Below, one piece after another: positions 20,750 through 34,081 of a stretch of DNA of 64,000 bases. The notes below the pieces were generated by a model. The model did no database searches and was not told where the DNA came from. It saw only the letters and a list, made by a program, of their open reading frames with translations. The number at the start of each line of letters is the position of its first letter. Position 1 is the stretch's first letter. The translations under genes and the position numbers were made by a program. The DNA is from Marsupella aquatica (lineage: Eukaryota; Plantae; Marchantiophyta). The stretch spans positions 15,406,330 through 15,470,329 of the forward strand of contig OZ316898.1 of the NCBI GenBank assembly GCA_973895155.1, written 5' to 3'.

Positions 20750-23700
20750 CCAGATATTGAGGTATTATCACGAGCTGTGCGACAACATCTCCTTCAGGCC
20801 ATGGATGGTAGGCAAGGGGGTCAACCTTTTGAGGATATGGACATTCCACATGAACTACCTAATGCTACCCAAGAAAGAGTGGATGAGGACCGGGCTATGG
20901 ATGAGTTGATGCACCAATTCATGGATGCAGATGAGGGTGATCCCCGGGGTGATCATGACCCAGGTGACTGGGAGGACATTGACTTACCTCCTCCTCATAG
21001 GCATACTCCTTCACAAAATCCACACTCGCACCAGTGGGAGGAGGCTCAAGAGCATGCACGGACTCGTCTTTTTGAGGGGTCTAGATTATCTCGTCTTTCA
21101 GCAATCATGTTATTACTGAACTTGCAGCAAAGACATGGAGCAAGCAACTTGCTTCTTGATGATATTTTCAGGACATTGCATGATCGTATGTTACCAGAGG
21201 GGAACAACTTGCCAGCATCATGGAAAGAGGCGAAGAAAGTGTTGAAGTCCATAGGCCTCAAGTATGAGGTCATACATGCTTGTGTGAATGATTGTGTTTT
21301 GTTCAGGAAGGAGCACTCAAATGCTCTTACATGTCCTGTGTGCAATGCGCCAAGATATCGTGAGGATATGTTGATAGGAAGAGTACCTCAAAAGGTTATG
21401 AGGTACTTTCCCCTTATTCCTCGTCTGCGTCACCAGTTTCGATGCGCAGAGTTGGCTAAGTATATGGTATGGCATTCCCAACACCGTTCAGACACTACTC
21501 AGGATCCAACCATGCGCATGATGGTTACTCTCATGCAAACAGATTTGTGGAAGAGCGTTGGGGTGAGTTCAAGACTGACCCTCGTCATGTTTGCCTTGAT
21601 TTGGCATCATACGGCATTAGCCCATTTGCACTGGCCGGCAAGGCCAAACCATACTCTGTATGGCCAGTAGTCCGAGGTCACTAACTACAACATCCCACCA
21701 TGGATGGCCATGAAGAAGGGTCATTTGCTCCTATCTATGATTATTCCTGGCCCTAAGCAAGTGAAGAAGATTGATGTATACTTGCAACCGTTGATTGAGG
21801 AGCTACAGAAACTTTGGGGGGGAGTGGATTGCTATGATGGTCGAGTGCATACAGGAGGCTTACCCCGTGAGTTTCAGCTCAAAGCCATTCTTATGTGGAC
21901 CATGCATGATCTTCCAGGTACCCAACTCTTTATAAATTAAGTATGGCTTGTGCAGCTACCCATATATATATATCGTTCTGTTTATTTTGTTCCCTTTGGT
22001 TTGGTTTCAAAACTTAATGGGTTTTAATTTGTGACCATTGTTTGTGAAGGGTTTGGATATATTTCTGGCTTGCAAACTTCTGGATATCGTGCTTGCCCGA
22101 CTTGTGGACTAGACTTGGAGGGAGTGGCGCGCCCAAAGTACCCTGCGGAAGATAGTTTACATTGGTCACACAAAGTATCTTCCTGAGGGGCGTGACTGGA
22201 GGTATGATCCATTTTTGTATGACACGGATGAGGGCCAGCCAGACACAAGACCTCAGCCTTTACCGAAGGACCCAATATATTGGAAGGAGGTATGGGAGAG
22301 GGTGACTGATCCAGATGACCCATTACCCTTGGCTAGATGTGGCATGACCCGTTTGTCTACATTGGCACAACTTCCATATTGGGAACACATGCCGATAAAT
22401 CATCTATTGGACCCTATGCATATTGAGGGGAATGTTGGGAGGTCATTGATTCGCCATCTATATGGAGAGAAAAACAACAATTGGAGGGAGAGTTGTGAGG
22501 AGATGGGGATGCATGGCCTTCATGGTTGGCCATCTATGGACCCTGACCCTCCCCTTACTATCCATCCCCCATGGGTTTTCACAAGGAGTGAGCGAATAAA
22601 GTTTCGCGGATAGGGTCAATGCGGTTTCCTACAGGGTATGGTGCCAATCTTCGCAAGACATTTGGTGGAGATGACTCTCCAAAATGGCCAGCTTTCTTGA
22701 AGACCCACGATTATCATTGTCTATTGCAGCACGTTATTCCAGTTGCTATTATTGGATTGGGCAGCGAGGATCTTCGGGATGCACTTTGGTCATTGGGTAG
22801 ATTGTTGAGATGGGTTTGTCAAAAGGAGGTCAACAAGGGAGAGATTGCTGCCATTGAGGTATTTGGAGTGGAGGTTGTGTGCAAGTTGGAGCGAGCACTC
22901 CCTCCTTCCTTCTTTGATGGTCAAGTTCATTTTCTTGTCACTAGTGCATGAAGTAGCCATTGCAGGCCCAGTACATTGTCGTTGGATGTATTGGGTAGAG
23001 CGATTCATGGGAGTCATGAAATCATATGTATCAAACCGTGCTAGGGTGGAAGGTAGCATTGCCGAACGTCACCTTGGAGCAGAGAGTATGTTCTATTGTA
23101 CGAACATTGTGGCTACACTTGATCCAAATGCTCCAAGGGGTTGGATAGATGAGTCAGCACGAGAGGCAGATTATGAGGAGGATAGACTCACTGGAGCAAA
23201 GGGAGAACGACTACTAGGCTCTGCTGAACGTCTGCAACTCACCACATTCATGTTGTATAACTCACCAGAGATTGCAGGGGAGTGGACTGCATTTTATGAG
23301 GAGGAGAAGAGTAATAGTCGTCGGCCACGCCTCTTCCCCAAGTTTCTCCCATATATGAAGGAGAAGTTGACAGAGATTGATGCCTTGTTGGGTCAGGGTG
23401 AGTGTTTTGCACTTTCCGAAGGTCACCAATGACATGCTCACCCTTGTTCATGGTCCATTACTCACGGTCACGACTCGAACAGCCATGTGGTCAAAGGGGA
23501 GGCATTTTCAAATCCAACATCTTGATATGAAGAGAGCAACAACACAAGATTGTGCGGTGATGGGGTGGTTCACCCAAGAGTCACAAAGTAGCACTTCTGA
23601 CCGGAATCCAATACGTTCAACTGTGGCCCACGTACTATGGGAAGATAGAGGAGATTCTTATCGTAAATTATCATGCCCATACAACCTTGGAGGAGGTGGT

Positions 23701-23990
23701 GTTCAAGTGCAAATGGTTTCGGATGAATCTTGTTGGCCATAATCGGACCTGTGAGGAAGATGCATGTGGGTTCACATGATTGAAGACCAGTGCAACTAGT
23801 GTCATTAGTTCCAATTGGAGAACCTCAGATCCATTTGCATTTCCCCATCATTTGGAGCAATCTTTCTATCTTCCTTATCCGAATGACCCAGAGTGGTCCA
23901 TTGTTATGCCTTACATCCCTCGCTCACGATCCATTCGTTCAAGACAAGCCAAGTGTAGTTGTAGTAGAGGATTTGGACCCCTCATTATAA
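20750..23990 (+). pseudogene. CACTA (En/Spm) TnpD-type transposase, several frameshifts
   Basis: IHACVNDCVLF...CPVCNAPRY, MRYFPLIPRL, YSVWPV...YNIPPW, IDVYLQPLIEEL, WTMHDLPG, LDPMHIEGNV, LKTHDYH, GPVHCRWMYWVERFM (DUF4218-like), DPFAFP...WSIV (DUF4216-like). Confidence 0.95.
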
Positions 23991-24179
23991 TAGATGCGAC
24001 CTAGGTAAAACCCCTATATGTTTTATCTTCATGGATAGTATATACATTTTGTCATGTCATTTCACACGTGCCCAAAGATTCATTGGTTGGATATAATTTG
24101 GATACAACTGTATATAGTCCCTTGACACAATCCAAATTGCAATCCCTAAGTAATATATGCATTTGAGTCACGTCCATTT

Positions 24180-24687
24180 ATTCCCGATACCATTTCCCAT
24201 GCTTAAAACAATGGAAGCCCATCAGAAGACCTCCTTGTTCAAATCTTGACCTCGAACCACATATATCCGATTTAAACCCTTTCGGACTCCATTTCTGATA
24301 CTTGTAGCATCAAAATTATTTGTGATAAACACTACTTCGGAAAACATTTGCGATACCCAACCTATCGGAAGCACTAAGCGATACATTTTTCATCGCAATA
24401 TTTCCGTTCTTTACTAAATCGGACATTGAATGCGATACTTCAGGGATTGGAAACTTAGTAACAATTTTTAGAAGAGGGGTCCGATAGTCAAGACATCGGA
24501 TATGTTCCTATATTAGGAGTATCGCAAATGATGTCCGATGTTTTGGGAATCGGACAAAGGGTTTCCGAAGCTGTGGGGATCGCAAGTTCCGATACTTTTG
24601 TAAACGAAAGTTTGCATAACTCCGGCCATCGGACGCCTGTTTCATGTTTCAGCGGGAGCATCGGAAAATGAGCAAAATGTACTAGTG
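24180..24687 (+). mobile_element. CACTA right end: subterminal repeats and terminal inverted repeat
   Basis: Dense direct and inverted CCGATA/ATCGGA/CGATAC motifs ending ...GAGCAAAATGTACTAGTG at 24687 (CACTAGTACA... on the minus strand). I found no left end in the window. Confidence 0.8.
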
Positions 24688-26553
24688 TATAGTGTGGCTG
24701 ACCAGGTTGTGTACATGTAAGTGGATTCCTTGAAGCACAAGGTTCATTGGGCTTGACAAACATGTGTGATCGCGTCAGACGGGATTGTTGTTGGATTAGC
24801 ACCGATTGTTGTTGGATTTTCACCATTGAAGATTACATTGAAAGATCAACTTTGAACTCTGGTGTGCAGACGGATTGTGCAAATAGAAGTTTGATTTCAT
24901 CGTGGTTTTGTTGTTGAAAATTTGTGGTATCTCGGATCGGGTTTTGTTGTTGAACGGATCACTGGTATCTCCCCTGGGCCCTCACTCTTACTATATTAAG
25001 TGAACCCCCCTGAGAACAAACACCCCCCGTGTACCCCTTCTTAATATTTTTGTTCACAAAAAAAAATCCCTTGTTAATGTAAAAACATTATTCCTATAAA
25101 AATTTATCCTTTTGTAAATTATAACAGAGTTTTTCAAGGAATTAAAAAACCCTTGAATTTTTAAAAATTGTAAATATCATACTGAAACATAAAAGATTCT
25201 ATTTTTCATAGGGGAATATTATGTTACGCTGATGTTCACGGTACATATTTTATATAGATCATAACAAAATTAGTACTAAAGATTAGTTCTTCCTAGAGTA
25301 TATGACTATAACTTAGGCAACTTGTAGACCTCATAGAAATAAACTGAACTAGTACAAAGGCATTATTATGCTATGCATATATCCTTGGAGGAATAATTGC
25401 ATATATACTACTTATGTAAACTCCAATTGCTAAATTATTCTATCTTGACTAAGAATGGTATGACATCAACCATTAACACCAAATGATAAGTAGAGTTTTT
25501 GGCAACTTCTTTCATGCAACCTGATACATCAAACCACACATTAATCATATATATTCTAGACACAAAGTACTAATACCATCAAATCTCCTTTGGCTGAAAT
25601 TGTTACTTAGACATGGTGGGTAATTTTCCTGCCATCTCTGCAATCAAACAACTGTGAGCACCGGGTACCCCCCCCAACCCAATGATCAAGGAGTACACCA
25701 CCCCACACACAAACACACCTGGCCTCATACCTGGCCATTTGATTTGAGGGAATTTAAAAGTAATCTTGTTTGTCTATGTGGGATTGATTCATGGGTCCCC
25801 ATCAATCCCAGAACCCCAAACGAGTTGGGCCCCCAAAATCCTGGCCCAACATTTACTTAACTCCCAACTTAACACATGCTGGTAAACAAGTCTACCATGC
25901 AAGCCCATGAAACCAAACTTGCCTTAAGAGGATAAATAATTAAATGTCTGATTTACTATATGGACATGTGTGCCAATGAAGTGATGACATGTGTGCCAAC
26001 CATATAGTGACACATGTCCTTGGCATTTTAGGTACCCTTGCCTAAGATTAATGTGACATGTATTTGATAATAGCCTTATTACTAATATTGTGATGAATGT
26101 ATATACATGGATGTTGCCTACTTTAAAAAATATTATAAAAATTAGTTTGCATTACATTAAAAATACCCTTGCGTTGTTCGCACGTCCTCCCTGCATTAGT
26201 AACGCTGAGGGCCCAAGGGGTATCTCGATCTGTTACAAGTTGTGTTGAGAAAGCTCTAGTGAATGCGGAGCTTTGAGTTGTTGAGTTGCGGTTTTGGAGT
26301 TGAAATTCCCATCCATCGACATTGCAGCATTTTGGCGGACTGATTGTGTGATTGATGATTGGAAGTTGCCGTGTCGTGACATATAGAGTCGGTAGCATAA
26401 GATATCAAGACATGTATCATGTGCATCCAAGTAATACAACAAAATAGAAAACCAGAAAGATGATACATGGTTGTCCATTAACACCAAGATGAAGAAATGT
26501 TGGGGCATGAAAGTAAACCCCTGTATCCTCCCCAGACATGAGCATGGAAATGG

Positions 26554-26745
26554 TCAACGGGCTGAGGATGAGTTTGGTGAAGGAGAACAAAAAGGACAGA
26601 ACCATAGCCCTTCCAGAACTTGTGGAAGCTCAGGTTGCAAACAAAAGAGATGGTAACCACCATTGCAATGGTCACACAACAACATCTGGTCAGCATCATC
26701 AATCCTGTGACACACCTTACAGGGATAATCATCCTTCTTCCCCAA
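26554..26745 (-). pseudogene. Isolated PHD-finger remnant, probably from a retroelement
   Basis: CKVC...MLLCDHCNGGYHLFCLQPELPQVLEGLWFCPFC is a C4HC3 PHD pattern. The upstream frame has stops. A purine tract GGGGAGGA follows the stop. Confidence 0.8.
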
Positions 26746-27289
26746 ACTTCTATGTAAGAACCTACATAATATCTACCTTCTTCTTTACTATCAGCTTAAT
26801 GCTCATCGTAGAACGCAAATTCAGAATCTGCGGACTCTCATCTAAATCAATATTGACATTCATACTTCCTATATGCTTTCTAATTAAGAGAGGTTTGGTG
26901 GCAGAGCCGTCCCTACTTGATCACAGGTTTGTAGACATTATATCTATGGTATTGGCGGCATAGCCAACCTTGCCAGATTCAAAGCTTCATCTTCAAGGTA
27001 CTTGAGTGATGGCAATGTCTTCCATGATCAAGAATCAAGAAACTTAGAACCCTTCCACCATAGAAACCGGTGGCATAACCATTCTGTTAGTCCTAGAACC
27101 GATGTTCAAGCATTCCTCCAATGCAAATGCACACAATATGCACTCTATGCACTCTATATCGTCACACTCATATGCTTGAAATTAATGCTAGAAAAATGGA
27201 CTTCCTTGGGAGGGCGAGCCTCCCTCTTACTTATAGTTAGAGCCAGGCCACGGTGGTCCCTTTACAAGAGTATCCCAGATGATACTAGG

Positions 27290-27480
27290 AATTACTAGAA
27301 CTTACTAGAGTTAACTTTTTTACCACAATAAATTCTAGAACTTATTTTTTATCATGGTAAATTCTAGAAGTTACCGGAATTTACCTTTTTACTATGGTAG
27401 ATTCAAGAAATTACTATTTAATATGGTAGATTCTAGAAGTTACCAGAATTTACTTTTTTACTATGGTAAATTCTAGAATT
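27290..27480. repeat. Degenerate tandem repeats with TTCTAGAA cores (LTR U3-like)
   Basis: Repeated ttctagaa(g/c)ttacc...tttttactatggta units. Confidence 0.6.
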
Positions 27481-27509
27481 TATTAAAGTTATTCTTCATA
27501 TATTTTAAT

Positions 27510-29020
27510 TTCCTTATGACACCGGCATCTCTTTCGACCCCCCCAAGGTGCTCTGGTCTATAAGAGAAGTATGGGTGCAAAAGTTTGACTCTGGGCATGC
27601 CGGCACAACAACAGCATGTGATAAGCAAGCCCGGTAGACACTCCCTTGGCCTATCACCTGTTGTTCCTCCTTCAAGATCTTCTTCAATTGGGTGAGGAGG
27701 TACCTGTTGTAGTCTCGACTTGGGTTTGGTCTTTGGCAAGGTAGACAAGTTTGCACCTTGCCAATCTTTGGCCTTGGCAAATTGTAATGCAAGGTCATCC
27801 GCAGGAAGTCAATGATCTCTCCTATATGCAGGTTGGTGCAAGTGTTCTAGAGGAAACCATTCTTTGTTGATGGTCCTAGGAATAATCTAAACTTCTTATT
27901 TGGCAGGTTCTTCTAGGAGTCCACCTTGGTCTTATCGTCCATATGCAATCCAAATACTACTTCAATCACCTTGGGAGTGAGATGGAATACCCTCCCATGC
28001 ACCTTGGTTGCATCCAAATTGTGGTCCCATGATCCCACAAATTCCAACAGGTCTGTATCCGACACCTCTTGCTTCATCCAGGTAACCTCACAAAGGTCTC
28101 CAAGCCATCCTGGCCATGCAGCCTTGGTATTTTAGGGATTGCATGGCTGTAAGATAGACATCCTTGTCTCATGCAAAATATAACTGCACCTCCTTTCGTA
28201 GAACCTCCGCTAGCCCCTCCATGTGTCATCCTTCGTGGGGATGGCATTGACTAGGTCAACCTCTAGTTCTTTGGCCTCCTCCTGCCTCTTTCTCCCCTGT
28301 TTGGCAGTCTTTCTTGGTGATGCTGACCTCATTCTTTTTGCCAGGGTGGCCTTGTCAGTGATCGCTCACTTCCTCGTCATGGTGGCCGCTCTTGATGACT
28401 CCAAGCACAATCGCTTTTGTCCACGCCGCTGAGCACCCTTTCAGGTCCCAATGTTTGTTGTTGCCATGGTTGAGGCCTCACAAATGCCCAGGATCCTGTC
28501 CTGGCTTGTGAAACAACAAGTTGTCAAGTTGATCAGTAGAGGGCATCCATAGGAACTCATCCACTAATGAATGTAGTCCTCTAGAGCTCCCACAACCTAG
28601 CAAGCTCTTGTCTCTTTGACTGCTCTCTTTGACTGCTTGTCCTCGTAAGTTCCAATGAACTCAGTTGCCCGTTCAAACAGGCACCCCCAAAAATGTGCAA
28701 CTTGGTTGATGTTGCCTATCCCCACTTAGTGTCAATGCTTGGTGTCTGCTTCCGCCCAATGTGCTTGCCTAAGCTGTTGACATTGTGTTGGCCTCTCTTG
28801 TTCCTCTGGCGATTGTCATTTGCAAATGAGCCGCCGATCCTAGTGAAGAGTCCTAACCTCCCCCCACACTACTTTCGCTTGAATGCCTGTCAATCACTTA
28901 CTATCAACGGTGCTTAGCATGCCCTAACCCTAATTGTACCTCCTTGTTGCCGTTATGCCCTCACTTTTGGCCTTGGCTCAGATTCCATGGTTACACTTAA
29001 TTGTTTAAGTTTTTTCCCCT
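27510..29020 (-). pseudogene. Old, decayed copy of the LTR-encoded gene (N-terminal ~500 codons)
   Basis: Fragments such as HYNLPRPKIGKVQ and RPNPSRDYNRYLLTQLKKILKEEQQVIG, plus the start context AAACAATTAAGTGTAACCATGGAA, match LTR positions ~370-1800. Confidence 0.88.
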
Positions 29021-29029
29021 TTTCTTCAT

Positions 29030-31122
29030 GGGTGGGCTGTCTGGGAGCAGATGGAGTCAATTTCTTCTTCACTTATGTCTGAAATTGTTTCCAAGGTGAT
29101 TCCTACAGTCCCAAATGAAGGATCCAGACTTCTCTAGAAAAGACAAACCCTTCACTGATCCTTGACATTGAAGAGGATTTTGAAGATTGCCAATCTAGAG
29201 TGAAAACTCGTTTTTTAAAGTTGATTTGGCCACCAAAGACAGGTGAGAAGATTGATATCTCACTGTTTTGGAGGAGGGCCAAGAGATACACCTACCATTT
29301 TTTTGTGGATAGAGAAGTGGTCGACAAAAACTATTGGTGATTGTATCCTTCTTGCTTCTTGCCTTGGATAGCCGGGTGAAAGAGGATCCAACTGCTGAAA
29401 TTTGGAGATAACTCAATGTATCCATGTGAGGGGAAGAAGCTCCAAGGAAGATGAGTGAGTGGGCAAATCATTCAGTGTCCATGGTACTTGGAATTGGACA
29501 AACAGGCAGTGACTTTTGATAGACCAGGAAGACATTGTTTCACATGATTAATCGAGGTTTGATGCTCAAGGCTTACATTTCAGAGTCTAAATTAGCTCCA
29601 ATATCAGCAGAAGTAAGCGGCTGCAAGCAATGGAGAAGGCTTGTTTGGGTGTGTTTGTCACTGTCAATCGTAGTCGGGCTAGGAGACCTTGAAAGGTGCC
29701 TGCAAAGGATACATCTAAAGATGGGTCTGTGTTGTTTGGCAAGCAAAGTAAGTACTTTGCCCATCTTTCCTTGGTAATGAATTTCATGAATTTATTTTGA
29801 GTTTGAGAAAATCTGACGTTTGGTTTTATACAGAGAAAAGAAAATCTACAATGTCTGGGAGTTGGAAGAGTGGAGCGGACAATATATGGCGAGGAGCCCC
29901 CAAGTCTCCCAATGTTGAGATCACAACAAAGTCTGTTGTGGATCTTGGGTCAATCAAGCATTTGAAGAGGAAGCAAAATGTCCAAATTCTCTTAGACTCT
30001 GATGAGGAAGAAGCCTTTGTTGCTCAAGGAGTAGCAAAAATGTGTGGATTGAAGAAGGATGGGGACTGAAAGACACTTCTTGGCTAAGAGCAATCTGAAC
30101 AAACTGCAAACTCTATCAGTCAAAAGAAAGTGAGACCTCCGTGGATGGAGATGCAAAACAATGGTTGTTAATGATTACCAAATTGGCTGTTCACCCAAAT
30201 CCTATCAATGATTATTAACATGAAACCATACATTGGAATTGGTGCTCACTTAGGTTTTGTTTCCTTCCGACAAGTCATAGAACGAGTCTCACAGACCGGG
30301 AAGTCCTAAGTGGACATGTGCAGTGAGAAGTTACCATATTATTTCTTTGAGGTGATGCATGCCGATGATGGTTATGTTGCAGTTCTTCATAGCTCCGACT
30401 ACAACCACATGAGACAAAAAAATTGGCGGTTGGGCAGAAGAATAAATTTAAACATGTTTGGCAGTATTCAATTTTGCTAGCATCTCCTTTGTTCCAGGGA
30501 TATGAATATTGAGGTAAACACCATGCTTAACAGTCCTCATTTAAAGCATGATTTTGGCTAGCGAGATTGCTAACCAAATGTCTCAATTTTCTGACAAAGT
30601 TTTATGTTGCATTCAGGTTATCACTCTCATCATGGATGTCTTCTGCAAAGTAGAATGTTCTGCAAAAATACCAAAACACACTGGCTACATTCTGTTGACA
30701 TCTTTTGAGGATGCCAGACATAAGTTAATGCTTAGTCTTTGCTACCCAAAAACTGATCTTAGTCCAAGAGCAGCTTTTGCTGGATCTAATAGATTGTCTA
30801 TTGGGTTCATGCAAGCCGTCATGGAGATCCTTACCTTGCCTTAGGACATGGTCATAGATTGGACCATACGAGATGGGAGCGCTTTTGCCGCTGGAGAGTA
30901 TTCCTGTAGATTTGTTGTTGGTGTAGAGGATAGATACATTCTTTGTCCCTGTACTCAAAAAGGACCGATGAACTTGTTGAAAGACATGCGCGGAATTTGA
31001 AATTGACTGCGGACCAGAAAAAGGAGGACCTCAAGGATGACGGATCAGATGATGAGTTCATGATCCTAGGAGATGATCAGGCCAGACCTTCTGACAAGGA
31101 GGATGAATTTGACCTTGAGTAA
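29030..31122 (+). pseudogene. Decayed intron-containing gene with a C-terminal SAM-binding motif of N6/N4 DNA-methyltransferase type
   Basis: Reading through TAG 30842-30844 gives IGFMQAVMEILTLP*DMVIDWTIRDGSAFAAGEYSCRFVVGVED, resembling the S/T-xxGDxVLDPFxGSGTTxxAAxxxGRxxIGxE pattern. Acidic tail. The 5' boundary is uncertain. Confidence 0.5.
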
Positions 31123-32537
31123 AGTACTTGGCCTTTGATGTCAAACTCCCATTTTGGTGTTTTTTAGTTCTTTCTACAATTTTTGGGTGCGTGTTATTGA
31201 TCCCATGCTGGTGATTTCTTCAGTGATAGGCATGTCGATTGGTTTTCCAAGGAGAGATTCCATCATTGAAAAGAAATCAAGGGAAAATCTACTTGTGACT
31301 CTCGAGAAGGGAACCATCTTCCTTGCTATGATAAAAAGTATGCAAAGGAGGTTGACGAAGCACCCACCATTTTGACTTGGGAGGGGAAAGGCCTACAGTT
31401 GGAGAGGGGAATTTGGAAAGCTCTTTACTGCCCAAAATGTATAATTAATAATGAGGCCAGTAGTGTTCAGCAGTTGTAGACGAGTCAGCTGAGTTGACTG
31501 ATAGGGAGTCCAGCAGCGGCCCTAGTACTAGCTCTGTTGATTTGGAGTCAAAGGATTCTCAGTGACTGGACGCCATGTTTGGGTGGGATTGCATTTCTGA
31601 CCACCTTTGTCAGAACACATTTTTATTGAAGGTGTATTTTGCAAACGTTTTGGGTAAATCTTCTATTTCATGATTCAGAAATTTTCCTCATTCATGACAA
31701 AAAGTTGACTATTCTGCTATGTTATGGATGAAATGGTCACTGGTTTCCAATTTGTACAAGGAATGAAGCATGAAATGCCACACTGTGTTCTTGTGACGAC
31801 ATCTACAACCTGGTAGTTTGAACCGACAAATATGCCTTGCTAGCCTGTTTACCTTGCTAGGAAAACTCCTGTTTGCTTGCAATATACAACACTCGCTTCT
31901 GATACTCCAAAGAAGAAATGTCTTGTCGAAACAAGGAAGAAAGTTCTTGCCTGTGGTTACTTCTGTGTATGCCCTGGAATCAATCGTGTCATTGTTGGTG
32001 GACTTGCTGCAGCTGACAAAAGTAAGAAAATGCTGAAGGATCATCAGACTGAACATCATATCAGCAAGATCTTGAATTGACTTCCAAGTTCCCTCTTGGG
32101 TGGGTATCAAGTTTAAGAATCTTTCGATAATTTTCTCTGAACTACGAGGTATATCAACAGTGAGGTCAGATAAGGAAAGAGAATGCACATCAGATGGTAG
32201 ACACTCATAGTGGAGAACACCCACAACACTAGGAGATAACCATCATTGGTGTGGACGCTTTGTATTTCAGCAATCTCAAAAACATTGACTAGAAGGTCAT
32301 GTCCTTTGAATGTGATTGGTTAGACTATTTTGCCCGAAGTCTCAGTTGTTTCTTGTTACCACTTTGTCGTGCACCCTAAGTCATAGGAATCACGGATGTG
32401 GTGGAACCTGATGAGAATTCTTCACTCTAAATCTTAATTCAACATATGCCTCTATGAATTGAGCCGACTAGGCTACAAGGAAGACTGGCGATACATCATA
32501 TTTCCCGGGAATTGAAGGAGGTTTTTTACACCGTTCC

Positions 32538-32676
32538 TGAAAGGTATGTGTTTTTCTTCATAGACTGTTGGTTTGGCGTAATTAAAGGCAAGACTCTCCC
32601 TAAATGTGAAAGGTATGTGTTTTTTTTCAGACTGTTATTTTGGCGTAATTAAAGGCAAGATTCTCCCCAAATGTGA
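32538..32676. repeat. ~69-bp tandem duplication
   Basis: tgaaaggtatgtgtttttt...ggcgtaattaaaggcaaga...aaatg occurs twice. Confidence 0.85.
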
Positions 32677-34081
32677 AGGAAAGAATCTCTTAACTTGCTT
32701 CCAGGAGATGGGTTCCTATTTCCATAGACATGACATAATACAAGAGGAGAATGATTCTACTGAGACGTGGAAAGGAAGAGTCAATGAACTTGCCTCAAGG
32801 AGAAGCCACTTCAGTGGGCATGGGTTAAAATATTAATGGTATGTACTTCATTTATATCTTCGTTGGATTCAATTCACGTAACACCCCGTCTTTAGCCCAT
32901 ATGTTGAACTCAATCCGGATCGAGTCCCGACAGGGAGGTGGGTGGATACCTTTGTGACTTTCTTATCTTGGCACAGCTGGGAAGGACTTCATTTCACAAA
33001 CCGACAAGGAAATAACTTCTGTCAAGGCAACCAACTACAGTTCTAAGGCAGTTCTTAATCGGGTTACAGAAAACAAGGGAGGCTGCAAAATCGTCATCAA
33101 TTGAACCGACGTCAAACAGCCCATGAAGGACCAAACCTATCGAGAATGTAAGGAATCAGTTGTGGAGACGGCCCTCATAACAATTGAGACTGAGCTTGCC
33201 CGTTAATGCCATTACAGATGCCACGGATATATGGATTCAGTCTGCGATAAGTAATGGGGGCCAAGAACCCAATTACAGTACCCACCATTGCAGTGCGGTT
33301 GGGTGTCTCGCCTAATTTAAACGATCCCCGAAAATCCTTAGGCACTAACTTGCTCTGTGAGTTGAAAGTTCTGTGCCAACTGAAAAGTTGCACATGACAG
33401 ACCAGAAAAAACTGCAGCAAATAAAGTACCTACGGCAAAAGTTATGCGATTGGGATGACAAGTAGACACCAATGTTCCCAGCCGGTATTCTCTACGGAAA
33501 ATACCCGTCCAAGGACATCAAGTCAGTACAGTCAATGCCTTAGTCTGATTCGGTTGAGAGTGCACAATTGGCTTGCGAAACTTAGTTCAAATCTGTGATT
33601 GTTCATGTGTTGTTTATCAACCAGCATAATTAAATGGAACTGACCAAAAAATTGGGTGCTGCTGGACTGCAAAATTTCCGGGGTCAAACAGCACTTTTAA
33701 GACACGGTTCGATTCATCCTTTTTCAAGAAAATGCGCCCTGCTGGTTCACGTTGCAGCCTGCATGAAAAGTTGCTACTGAAGTTCGTCGCCGTTTCTATG
33801 GTACACAGGTATGAAGCAAACTCTTCGAATCTATACTGTCACTCCTGGCCTTCATGTACAAAAAGACAACGGGATTAGGCAACTAACCCTACAAGATAGA
33901 CTAACTTCTTCCTAAACGATTCAGAAATACAGAAGGCCTGAATTTCTGACACACAAGAAGAGCTTGGCTTCGTTAGACATAATAACGACTAGTTGAAACA
34001 ATCTAGCAAGTGGAATATCTCAGTGAATCTCAAAATAGTCTAAATACGTTGGCAGACAGGATCATTAAGTTCGGGATGAAG

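Noticed and set aside
31709-32224. 171-aa minus-strand ORF
   Set aside because: Looks like decayed coding DNA, but I recognised no motif and cannot support a call.
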